A DNA stretch of 64,000 nt from Rickettsiales bacterium (GCA_031266915.1 JAISAB010000007.1:908-64907), one strand, 5' to 3'. Shown: positions 42,034-50,889, counted from the first letter of the stretch. Notes: generated by a model not told the origin, from the letters alone. Program-made: numbers and translations.

Positions 42034-42882
42034 CTATTTGCTAATTGCTATTTCTACCAATTCCTTGACAATCGCGGCGGACTTCGCGTCGCCGCTGGGC
42101 GCGTATTCTACGAATTCGATGCTGTATGCCTTGTCCTTGAAGGCGCCGATAAAGTGCCTGGCCGCTTCTACGCTGATGCCGTTGTATGCCGGAACCAGAA
42201 CGTCCCTGAAAACATACGGGTCAAGGGAATCAAAGTCAAAGGACAAGACATAAGGTTTGTCGCCGATTTTTTCCTTGATTTCCGCGACCGCTTTGCACCA
42301 ATCCTCGGGGCGGCGCAATTGCTTTGGACTACGCGCGTATATGCCCTTGCTCAGGACAAAATGCGCCTCGGCCGGTTCAAAGGAACGAACGCCCAGATAG
42401 AAAACGTTTTCCGTTTTCAGCGCCGGACATTTATGCTGCAAAGACAGCCACCGCGCGTCGCCTTTGCCCAGAGCAGCGCGGACATTCGTGCCGTGCGGGG
42501 TGCCTGATGCCTCGCGTATGGCGCTGTCGGGCGTGTGTATGTCAAAATGCGCGTCGATGTAAATCAAACACAAATCCTGGTCGGGCAACTGGTCCGCCAG
42601 CGCGGCGAAATGGCCGAAGTTCACCGAATGGTCGCCGCCAATCATAATGTGCCTTTCGCGCGGCGTATTTTTGTAAATTTCACGCTGGATTTTAAAATTT
42701 TCGCCAAAACGGTCGTGTTCGCATTCTTCGGCGTTGAACGGTTCCGCAGTCACCATGGTCCAATCCGCGTTCGGGAACATTTTTCGAACCTGCGCCGGTG
42801 CCAGGGCAGTTCCGCCCGGTGCCGCGACGCGCAGGCACCCTCGGCCATATTCTATACCAAAAAAGGGAAGATATTTCGTCAT
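42034..42882 (-). CDS. Arginase/ureohydrolase family protein
   Basis: GGDHS, IYIDAHFDIHTP, SGTPHG, SFDFDSLDP. Confidence 0.92.
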   Translation of the reverse strand: MTKYLPFFGIEYGRGCLRVAAPGGTALAPAQVRKMFPNADWTMVTAEPFNAEECEHDRFGENFKIQREIYKNTPRERHIMIGGDHSVNFGHFAALADQLPDQDLCLIYIDAHFDIHTPDSAIREASGTPHGTNVRAALGKGDARWLSLQHKCPALKTENVFYLGVRSFEPAEAHFVLSKGIYARSPKQLRRPEDWCKAVAEIKEKIGDKPYVLSFDFDSLDPYVFRDVLVPAYNGISVEAARHFIGAFKDKAYSIEFVEYAPSGDAKSAAIVKELVEIAISK

Positions 42883-42984
42883 GATTTAATCCTGTTTTTT
42901 ATTAAAAATTACATGACATTGTGACAATTAGTCTATCGAAAAACAAGGTTAAATTACGGAAAAAATCTTTCGGAGGTAACGACT

Positions 42985-44001
42985 TTATTTTTTATAAGAT
43001 TCTACAAAACTTTCCGCTGCATTCTTGATTTTTTGCAGCGAATTTTCATAAACGGCGCAATCGCGCGCTATATCCGAACGATACGCGTCGCGCATGTTGT
43101 TGGCCATATAGTAACAGCCGCGCAGATGCTGGACGCAGTAATCGTGGCCGGCCACGAACGATGCCTGTCCGCGAACGCGGCTTTCGGTGTCCGCCCAGTT
43201 TATGTCCAGCGCTTGTTCCAGCTTGACCCAGGAATTGTCGCCCATATGAACGCCGATAACATCGTTCCAGTAATCGTTCATTTCGGCCTGCGACCATGTG
43301 CTCGTCCCCGCCTTCAGAGCCATGATTTGCTTAATCAAGTCGTCAATTGCGGGCTTATACGTCGCGTCGATTTGCGCCAGACGCGCGCTGCAGTAACAGC
43401 GCTTGTAATCCATTTCCTGGCGCTGGCAGTATCCGTCCATGCACGCCGTGTAATCAGCCATGCAGCGGTTCGCGGATAAGGGCTCGCCAGTCGATTGCAC
43501 TGCGGCACTCGTGACAGTTTCAGTGCGGTTCACATACCCGCTTTCGGGGCGTGCGCTGCGGGCGACCGAGCCGCCGGCAGTATTTCCGCGGGAAACCACG
43601 CGCCGCGTATTATTGGACGATGCGACGGCCGCATTTGATGCAAATGTGTTGCTGACCGCAGCGCGGGCGACACCGCTGGACGGTGCGATGGAACGGGCGG
43701 ATGCCGGCGCGACGGTCGCGCCGCCGGTTGCGCTGCGCGCCAACCCGGACCGCGATACGACGCGCCGGCTGTCACTGCCTGACGTCCGGGTCAGCGTGGA
43801 TACGGAATTCGGCGAAAAATCAGGCGTAACGCCGGGATTTAAATTTGTCCGCATGGTATTGTTCATCGCCGGATACATGATTTGATAGGCCTCTGGCGTG
43901 ACGAAATTCGCCACTGCTGTGCGCGCGGTTGCCGCGGCATCAGCCGCACCCGTGACAATCAGGGGCGCCAGAACAAGCAAAAAAATCAGAACCTTGGGCA
44001 T
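42985..44001 (-). CDS. Secreted hypothetical protein (Ala/Arg/Ser-rich linker plus Cys domain)
   Basis: Signal peptide; RRVVSR/ARSA repeats; CMADYTACMDGYC...RCYCS. Confidence 0.8.
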   Translation of the reverse strand: MPKVLIFLLVLAPLIVTGAADAAATARTAVANFVTPEAYQIMYPAMNNTMRTNLNPGVTPDFSPNSVSTLTRTSGSDSRRVVSRSGLARSATGGATVAPASARSIAPSSGVARAAVSNTFASNAAVASSNNTRRVVSRGNTAGGSVARSARPESGYVNRTETVTSAAVQSTGEPLSANRCMADYTACMDGYCQRQEMDYKRCYCSARLAQIDATYKPAIDDLIKQIMALKAGTSTWSQAEMNDYWNDVIGVHMGDNSWVKLEQALDINWADTESRVRGQASFVAGHDYCVQHLRGCYYMANNMRDAYRSDIARDCAVYENSLQKIKNAAESFVESYKK

Positions 44002-44097
44002 TTGTCGTATTGTAGGAAGTTCCTGCGCGACGGGCAAGCACAAAATGCATTTTGAATTTGCATTTGATAAAAAGATTGTTATAATTTCCGAGGTTAT

Positions 44098-44174
44098 CGG
44101 GGCGTAGCTCAGTCTGGTAGAGTGCTTGGTTTGGGACCAAGATGTCGCGTGTTCGAATCATGTCGCCCCGACCA
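44098..44174 (+). tRNA. tRNA-Pro(TGG)
   Basis: CGGGGCG acceptor stem, CTTGG-TTTGGGA-CCAAG anticodon arm, GTTCGAATC, CCA end. Confidence 0.97.
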
Positions 44175-44400
44175 CACTTCGCGTCTGCGACGCTTCGTGT
44201 GGCTTCGCCATATCCTGTAAAGCCCGCGTCAAGTGGGCTTTACGTTTCCATTGACTCTGGTATGGAGTTCTAAAGTACTATTTTTGTGCCAAATATACTG
44301 CTTTTTATACAATGTCCATTTTTCAGGAGTCAATAAAAAACTTTCAAGTTTTAGATTTGTGTGCTATGATATAGTATATCAAAAAATCAAAGGATTTAAA

Positions 44401-44886
44401 ATGACGAAGACAAAAAACACCATTTCTGAATTGGTTAATTTTGGAAAAGAAGCATTATTTTATACAGTTGTAGTCGGAGTTCTTGGTTTTTTAACAACAT
44501 CTGTATGGGAGCTTGTCTTAAATTGGGGCGATTTGCAGTCTTTCGCTTGGGATTCTGTTCGCAATGTTACGCTTTATTTTGCGGGGGGGACAGCTGGCCT
44601 TTTTGCCGTTGTTGGCGGCGGCATAAAGTTAACCGATTTTATCAAAAGTAAATTTGGCAAGTCTGAAAAGGTAAGCTCGGTGTCCGTAAAATCAAATGAA
44701 AGACAAAATGTTAATACAAGACATTATTCACATACGGTGCAACGTTCGGCTGAAATAGACAAATCTTCGAATGAAATAAATAACGTTAAAAAATCAGGAC
44801 AAAAATTGAAACAAAAACGACAAAGAAAATCAAACATATCTGGTCTGAATTTAATCCGTAACAAACTGTGGCAACGCGGTCGTTAA
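44401..44886 (+). CDS. Hypothetical membrane protein
   Basis: Two TM segments and a basic tail; AAGGA RBS; AT-rich. Confidence 0.65.
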   Translation: MTKTKNTISELVNFGKEALFYTVVVGVLGFLTTSVWELVLNWGDLQSFAWDSVRNVTLYFAGGTAGLFAVVGGGIKLTDFIKSKFGKSEKVSSVSVKSNERQNVNTRHYSHTVQRSAEIDKSSNEINNVKKSGQKLKQKRQRKSNISGLNLIRNKLWQRGR

Positions 44887-44970
44887 ATATACGGATACAT
44901 TAGATATATGAATTATGGTACGGCTAAGTTAGCAACTAACTGGTGACCATCCGCTTTCACTGCTTAAGAT

Positions 44971-45573
44971 ATGAAAAACAAAATCGCAGAATTATTAAAA
45001 TTGACCGATGATGGTCAAATCGTTGCCAAGCTTCAAGAAATAAACGAATTATTCCTGAGGCAATATTTGCTGAATGTCGACGGAATTATTGCGCAGCCCC
45101 TGCAGGTAGAGGCGTACTATAATAATCCCGGCGTATTTGAAGACATGAATTCGCATTGTAATTTCAATCAAAAAAACAGATTTGGCCGGTTGTATTTCCA
45201 CGGGTACCCGGCCCGCCCGGTGCGCGTGGGCGACAAGACGTGCTATGGCGTCGATATAGTCTTGTCGGATTCCGATGATTACTATTTATCGCTGTTATTA
45301 AAGCGGTCTTGCATCGGGAACGATGTTTTAACGCAAACCAAAGTTGATGCTGCACTGCGGGGGCACGGGGATTTGAATGCGGTTGTGCTGACCCCGCGCC
45401 AAGATAAGAAATCGGGTCCGGTGTTTCATATAAAACGCATCGGATTAAACAATCCGAACAAGCAATATCGTGATGCGGCTCTGGGCGCAATTATTGATTT
45501 GGACAAATATCCAACAAACGCATTCGCATATCCGCGCGGCGGCCGGCATCAGTTAATAAATAATAAAGAATAG
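44971..45573 (+). CDS. Hypothetical protein resembling the 3-methyladenine DNA glycosylase (MPG/AAG) family
   Basis: VEAYY...SH...GRLYFH...VDIV...LLLK...RIGL pattern. Confidence 0.5.
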   Translation: MKNKIAELLKLTDDGQIVAKLQEINELFLRQYLLNVDGIIAQPLQVEAYYNNPGVFEDMNSHCNFNQKNRFGRLYFHGYPARPVRVGDKTCYGVDIVLSDSDDYYLSLLLKRSCIGNDVLTQTKVDAALRGHGDLNAVVLTPRQDKKSGPVFHIKRIGLNNPNKQYRDAALGAIIDLDKYPTNAFAYPRGGRHQLINNKE

Positions 45574-45866
45574 AGAATAAAGAATAAATGATATGCTCGG
45601 TCTAAGTTCCCCTCCTGTGGAGGGGTGGCATGCGAAGCATGACGGGGTGGTTCGAGGCTTTTATATTAAGCTCTGATTCTCTAACCACCTCCTCGTCAGC
45701 CTTTGCTTCGCTACGGCGCGCCGGTACTACCCCACATGAGGAGAACTTGGACCGAACATCAAATGTTAAAAATTACCGAATATGATAATTGTTGACATTT
45801 ATGAATTTTTGGCTAATATATTCCAGGTCGGGATAGGGGAAGAAAAACAAATGCGGCCTATAAAAC

Positions 45867-46649
45867 ATGAAAAGCTTTTATCTTCAATATCATCCTAATA
45901 ACAGAGGTATTTGGGAACATGCCGATGCTTTGCGGTTGTCGGATATAACTGGAACCGCGCGGCAGAATTTGCTCTTGATTGGCGGCGGAAAATCGTCTGC
46001 GTCCGCGCTTGGCTGTATGACGCGCGCAAATATTTATAATGTGGATTTTGAGGTATACGCGGACAGCACGGAAAAAATCAGGCAGATACAAGCCGATTAT
46101 ACGGAATTGAACGCTTGTCCGAATAAATTTGATATGGCGTTGTCTTTATTTTGTCTGCCCATGTATGCCGTTTCAGAACGAGCGGTTAATTTATTCTTCC
46201 TGAAGACAGCATTAAACTTGAAACCCGACGGCCAGCTGCGTTTCAGTCCTGTTCTGGCCGGAAACTTGGAAGACAGAGAAAAGCATATTGGCAAAAACCT
46301 TGAATTTCTGGCAAGCATAGGCTTTACAGTTATTTTGGCATACAAACCGTACAAGAAATTAGAATACGATTTTCAAGAGGCGACGGATAAAAATGATTGC
46401 TGGACGGAATATTTCAATAATCTTAAAGGCGTGCATTATTTTCATTCCAATTTTGAAATACATCATGAATGCGCCGTTATACAGGCGCCAAGCCGGTACA
46501 ACAAGGAAGTGTCAGATAAATTGCTTTGCAAAGAAATAGAGTCTGTAAATAAAAACTTCCCGGTTGAAACCTTTGAAGTTTATGCTGAAAACGGCAGTAG
46601 AATACCGTTGAATCAGTTGCTGCAAAACAAAAACGCGTTATTTAAATAG
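45867..46649 (+). CDS. Putative class I SAM-dependent methyltransferase-like protein
   Basis: LLLIGGGKS, IYNVD, FDMALSLF and LKPDGQLRF resemble methyltransferase motifs I-III. Confidence 0.5.
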   Translation: MKSFYLQYHPNNRGIWEHADALRLSDITGTARQNLLLIGGGKSSASALGCMTRANIYNVDFEVYADSTEKIRQIQADYTELNACPNKFDMALSLFCLPMYAVSERAVNLFFLKTALNLKPDGQLRFSPVLAGNLEDREKHIGKNLEFLASIGFTVILAYKPYKKLEYDFQEATDKNDCWTEYFNNLKGVHYFHSNFEIHHECAVIQAPSRYNKEVSDKLLCKEIESVNKNFPVETFEVYAENGSRIPLNQLLQNKNALFK

Positions 46650-46777
46650 TCGTTTCAGACTGCGTATCCGCCCCATATCGCCGACCATCCGCTTGTCGCT
46701 TGCACGACGGGGTGGTTCGAGACTTCGAGATTTAACTCTGACTATTTATTCTCTATTCTTTATTCTCTATTTTTGCC

Positions 46778-47019
46778 TTGCAATAATTTTATATTATTCA
46801 TATAATATCGGTGTCGCGGAGAGTTTCCGCGGCGAGGTGTCGAAACCTCTTTATCGGGCGTCATTGGTAAATATGGGGCGCGTATGCGCTTTTATTTTTG
46901 CCGTGATGAAACACAACTCCTGACAAGGTCAGGAGGGCACGCGAATATATTGAATAAGCGGCACAATTTCCTGATAATTGTTTCGAACCTCCTGACCACC
47001 AATTTTCATGGTGGTTTTT
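46778..47019 (+). promoter_or_regulatory. Sigma70 promoter plus attenuator-like leader, copy E, upstream of the DGR target
   Basis: TTGCAA-17 bp-TATAAT; GAGGTGTCGAAAC pairs with GTTTCGAACCTC; inner hairpin CTCCTGAC-AAG-GTCAGGAG; terminator ACCACCA...TGGTGGT plus T-tract. Confidence 0.7.
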
Positions 47020-47044
47020 CATTTGCCGATAAAGGAGGCTTTGA

Positions 47045-47593
47045 ATGAAGAAATCAACCATAGTTTTGCTTGCCTGGGCGTTCGCAATACAGGGTGCTTT
47101 TGCTGATATTAGTGGTTCGGATACTACCGGAGATTATACAATCTCTGGCTTCAGTAGCACGTCTCCGGCCACCGACTACTCCAATGGTATACATACAATT
47201 CAAAATACCAGTGACGGAAAGTACAGTACTGCTGGCACTTATAGCACATATAAAGGAGAAACAGTTTATTCTTATAGTGGTTATACCATCCCCAGTGATT
47301 TAACAGGGTATTATCTTCAAGATGTATGTGCCTCTGCAAGCGAAACTACTAGTTATGCAGAGACAAGCTGTAGTATTACGACTAATAATTCGAGTAGTAT
47401 TCTCAATAGTGGCGAAACACGTTGTTTGTGCCGTTTAAAGAGAAAAAGTGATAATGTAAGTGCTGCCGGTTGGGTCTTCGACTACTCGTACGGCCCGGCC
47501 GCCGATTGCGCGGACTATTGTGCGTCCTATTGCGCGATCAACGCCTACAGCGATTCCGTCTTCCGGTCGGCGTTGCTCGCGGCGTTCGAGTAG
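47045..47593 (+). CDS. DGR target: secreted S/T-rich protein with a C-terminal Cys-scaffold variable domain
   Basis: AAGGAGG RBS, signal peptide; the last ~43 codons are the VR (WVFDYSYGPAADCADYCASYCAINAYSDSVFRSALL). Confidence 0.92.
   Translation: MKKSTIVLLAWAFAIQGAFADISGSDTTGDYTISGFSSTSPATDYSNGIHTIQNTSDGKYSTAGTYSTYKGETVYSYSGYTIPSDLTGYYLQDVCASASETTSYAETSCSITTNNSSSILNSGETRCLCRLKRKSDNVSAAGWVFDYSYGPAADCADYCASYCAINAYSDSVFRSALLAAFE
47460..47589 (+). repeat. DGR variable repeat (VR)
   Basis: 130-bp ungapped match to the reverse complement of 50415-50544; 16 mismatches, all at TR adenines. Confidence 0.97.
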
Positions 47594-47594
47594 C

Positions 47595-47668
47595 CCTGAC
47601 GCCTGTCCGCGCATAGCGCGGTCAGGCCGTAACCGAGAGGGGGGATGGGGGGGATAGGTCCCCCCCAT
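47595..47668 (+). promoter_or_regulatory. Hairpins downstream of VR (candidate retrohoming recognition elements)
   Basis: CCGCGC-ATA-GCGCGG (47607-47621) nested in CCTGAC/GTCAGG; ATGGGGGGGA-TAGG-TCCCCCCCAT (47645-47668). Confidence 0.7.
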
Positions 47669-47711
47669 TGTTTTTTTATACTCTGTTTCGCAATATGTAT
47701 CTTGAGTAAAA

Positions 47712-48004
47712 GGGATTTGTGGTCTTTTATTTTTCAAATCACGACTCACGAATTACGGACCAACAATCCCCACGATTTTTTTGCGAACAAGTTCGCTAAA
47801 AAAACTCCCTCCTTTATCAAGGTGGGAACCCGCACGTATCAAGGGGGAAAGGCGCACGTGAGGCGGAGCAGACCAAGCCGGCTCTTTGTCCCCTCGCTGA
47901 CCCCCCTGTCTCTTCGCTGGCTCTTTGTCCCCCTCGGTAGAGGGGGATAGTTTTTGTTAGCGTCAGCGTTACAAAAACTTGGGGGATTCGTGGTTAAAAC
48001 TGAT
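47712..48004. repeat. Left arm of a long imperfect inverted repeat around the DUF559 gene
   Basis: Reverse complement aligns with 48391-48649 (e.g. tttttttgcgaacaagttcgctaaaaaaa). Confidence 0.88.
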
Positions 48005-48050
48005 AAAAAATCGGGGGGATTATTGGTTTCACTTATGATATAATTTTATC

Positions 48051-48401
48051 ATGTCCAAGCTTACCAATCTTGCACGCGTAAACAGAAAGAATCCGACTGA
48101 TTCGGAAAAGAAGTTATTTTATGCGCTGCGGGATTTGAAAATCGCGCACTTTCAGCGGCAGTTTCCAATAGGTGACAAATATATTGCAGACATAGCATGT
48201 CGAAAACACAGGCTGGTGATAGAATGCGATGGCAGCCAGCACTATACGGAATCTGGCTTGGCATCCGATTGGGCACGCGATGAATTTCTGCAGAGATATG
48301 GTTATAAAATCATTCGATTCAGCAATGGCGATATTATGAAGAATATAAACGGCGTGTTGTATGAAATATGTCGCGAGCTGGGGGTAGGGTATCAGTTTTA
48401 A
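48051..48401 (+). CDS. DUF559 (Vsr-like) endonuclease domain protein
   Basis: ARVNRKNPTDSEKKL, FQRQFPIGDKYIADIAC, LVIECDGSQH, RDEFL...GYKIIRFSN. Confidence 0.92.
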   Translation: MSKLTNLARVNRKNPTDSEKKLFYALRDLKIAHFQRQFPIGDKYIADIACRKHRLVIECDGSQHYTESGLASDWARDEFLQRYGYKIIRFSNGDIMKNINGVLYEICRELGVGYQF

Positions 48402-48876
48402 TCACAAATCCCCCAAATTTTTGTAACGCGCTTTGCGCGAACAAAAACTATCCCCCTTTAACAAGGGGGACAAGAGCCGAACCAAGGGGACAAGAGCCAG
48501 CTTGGTCTGTCCCGCCCCACGTACTGGTTCCCCCCCTTGATAAAGGGGGGTGATTTTTTTTAGCGAACTTGTTCGCAAAAAAATCGGGGGGATTATTGGT
48601 TAGTAATTCATGACTTGTGATTTGCAAGATAAAAGACCGCAAATCCCCCAAGTTTTTGTAACGCTGACGCTAACAAAAACTATCCCCCTTTAACAAGAGG
48701 GACAAGAGCCAGCCTGGTCTGTCCCGCCCCACGTGTGGCTTCACACCTTTTTTATCAAGGAGGGCAAAGCTCGCGGTGGGATATTGTCCCCCTCGATAGA
48801 GGGGGACAGATTGCCCGACGGCTATGCCGTCGCCGGCAATCTTGGGGGATTTATGGTCTTTTATTTTTTAAATCAC
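48391..48876. repeat. Right arm of the inverted repeat plus a partial tandem copy
   Basis: 48391-48649 is inverted relative to 47712-48004; 48641-48733 repeats 48406-48512; 48846-48876 directly repeats 47712-47742. Confidence 0.85.
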
Positions 48877-48909
48877 AATTCACATCCAACGAGGTGGACG
48901 ATTATAAGC

Positions 48910-49923
48910 CTAATTTTTTATCCCGGCTTTTCTTTTCAGCGATTCGAAATTCAGCCTGCGGCGCATGTTGTGCGAGCACGCGTGGCGCATCCATCCGTTC
49001 GCCGCCGCTATCTGTCCGCGGATCTCGTCCGCGCGTTCAGGCGGAATTTCTGGCAGCTTGCCGATGGCCAGCATTTTCTTTTTGATTCGTTTCATCGTCC
49101 TTTTGCGCAGCAGCACGAAATCCCGGAAATGTCTGTATCCCACAAAGTCCACGCCGTCGGATACGCGCGCTATCTCGCATTTCGAGAAAGTCAGCCCCAG
49201 CCGCCGTGCGATGAAATCGCGGATTTTTTCGCGCCATTCGCGCAGCTGGGCCTTGTCGTCCGCAAACAGCAGAAAGTCGTCGCAATATCGCAGATAGCGA
49301 TTCGCGTGCAGGATTGACCTGACGAAAATATCCAGCTGGTGCAGATACAGGTTGCCCAGCCATTGGCTGCACAGGTTGCCTATCGGAACATTCCGCCCGC
49401 CCGGGACGGAATATATTATGTCGCGCAGTATCTCCAGCATCCGCGCGTCAGGCACCGACTGTCCCGCGATTTCGAACATTATGTCGTGGCTTATGCTGGG
49501 ATAGAATTTGCGTATGTCGCACTTCAGAACGAATTCGCTTTTGCGCGCGAAATCCATGGCGCGCGCGCTGGCCGCGTGAAGCCCGCGCCCAGGAATGCAG
49601 GCGTACGAATCGCGGATGAATTCCCGCCGCCAAATCGGCGCCAGAATGTTCATAATCGCGTGATGGACTATTCTGTCCGGGCAAAAGGGCAGGATGTATA
49701 TCGTGCGCTTTTTGGGGTCGGTTATTTCCATAGTGCGGTAATCTGACGTGCGGAATTCTCCGGCCGCGACGATGCAGCGCAGTTTTTCCAGATTTTCATC
49801 GGAATTTTTCATGAATCGCGCGACCGCCGGATTCTTAAGCCGTCCGCGCGATGCATTCGCCAGCGCGACCGCGAAGTTGTCCGGCGATATGAATTCATCC
49901 CAAAGCGCGCCGCCGGCCTTCAT
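48910..49923 (-). CDS. DGR reverse transcriptase
   Basis: PKKRTIYIL, DRIVHHA, SYACIPGRG, LKCDIRKFYPSI, PIGNLCSQ (DGR GxxxSQ motif), YLRYCDDF, VDFVGY; 337 aa with no maturase or endonuclease extension. Confidence 0.96.
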   Translation of the reverse strand: MKAGGALWDEFISPDNFAVALANASRGRLKNPAVARFMKNSDENLEKLRCIVAAGEFRTSDYRTMEITDPKKRTIYILPFCPDRIVHHAIMNILAPIWRREFIRDSYACIPGRGLHAASARAMDFARKSEFVLKCDIRKFYPSISHDIMFEIAGQSVPDARMLEILRDIIYSVPGGRNVPIGNLCSQWLGNLYLHQLDIFVRSILHANRYLRYCDDFLLFADDKAQLREWREKIRDFIARRLGLTFSKCEIARVSDGVDFVGYRHFRDFVLLRKRTMKRIKKKMLAIGKLPEIPPERADEIRGQIAAANGWMRHACSHNMRRRLNFESLKRKAGIKN

Positions 49924-50219
49924 GAGAAAGTGAAGTATTTGTCTATCTTCACTATCTTGGCGCGGAACGGCATTTTGTCCGCGTACTTTTCACATTGGTC
50001 CATCAGGACCGCGCTGCCCGTGAACAGTATGCACAGCTGGCCGTCCATCTCGAACTGCAGATGCAGGCACATCGCGCCGATGTTGCGTTTTGACGCTATC
50101 GTCTTGTGCGCGCGGATTATCAGCGGCTTGTTCAAGATTTCTTCCATGCGTTTTTTCACGCCCTCCATCGCCGGCGATATTTCGGCGAAATCCGAAAATG
50201 AATGCAATTCCTGATTCAT
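49920..50219 (-). CDS. DGR accessory protein, predicted beta-rich and unlike Avd
   Basis: Lies between TR and RT; ATGA overlap with the RT start; AAGGA RBS; CLHLQFEMDGQLCILFTGSAVLMDQ...MPFRAKIVKIDKYFTFS. Confidence 0.8.
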   Translation of the reverse strand: MNQELHSFSDFAEISPAMEGVKKRMEEILNKPLIIRAHKTIASKRNIGAMCLHLQFEMDGQLCILFTGSAVLMDQCEKYADKMPFRAKIVKIDKYFTFS

Positions 50220-50414
50220 TACGTTTCCTTTTTGCTTTCAAGGCCCCGGGCGGCGTGATGCCGCGGCGGGGCCTTCCCGGTAATCGTGTTTTTCCGAACC
50301 GCCCCGCGTATATGCGGGACATACGAAAGGGCCGCGCGCCCAGCCCTGACAGGCTTTACATGGCGGCATACTGCCGCCGCCCCCCGGGTCGGCGAAACTT
50401 GTTTCCCGCAGGTA

Positions 50415-50544
50415 TCGAACGCCGCGAGCAACGCCGACCGGAAGTCGGAATTGTTGTTGGCGTTGTTCGCGCAATTGTTCGCACAATTGTTCGCGCAATT
50501 GGCGGCCGTGCTGTTCGAGTTGTTGAAGACCCAACCGGCAGCAC
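50415..50544 (-). repeat. DGR template repeat (TR)
   Basis: In the VR frame it has 13 AAC/AAT codons plus AGC, ACG and GAC; no adenine at third codon positions. Confidence 0.97.
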
Positions 50545-50889
50545 GCAACGCGTACGGCGAAGCGGCCCGCAGCCCACGCCGTTTCTGGCGCAGAAACATT
50601 ATCGGTGAAAACAAACATCCGCGCACTCGGATTATTTTAGAAAAAGGAAATAAATCCAAAGATTTGTGTACAATAATTGGTAATAATGGGAAAGGTTCGC
50701 AATTTTTTGGCCTGATTCGCATGGCAATCATAAATCGGAAGCAGGGTATTTATCCGATAAAACCCCATTTCATATTCAAATGATATTTTCGAACGCAAAT
50801 GACATAAAATTCATAATTCAATATAAAAAATATTGAAATTTTCATAAATTCCTAATAAAATGTCTTACATCGCATAAGGGTATTTCGCC

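Larger units (their letters stand above)
47045..50544. mobile_element. Diversity-generating retroelement (target/VR on plus; TR-accessory-RT on minus)
   Basis: TR/VR pair with adenine-only mismatches, DGR-type RT, and hairpins downstream of VR. Confidence 0.95.

Noticed and set aside
48910-49923. RT as a group II intron, retron or Abi RT
   Set aside because: It is short, has the GxxxSQ motif, lacks maturase/endonuclease and retron VTG motifs, and has an adjacent TR/VR pair
50219-50731. 170-aa ORF containing WVFNNSNSTAANCANNCANNCANN
   Set aside because: It is the translation of TR in the VR frame; Asn runs are expected from AAY codons, and the flanking sequence is not protein-like
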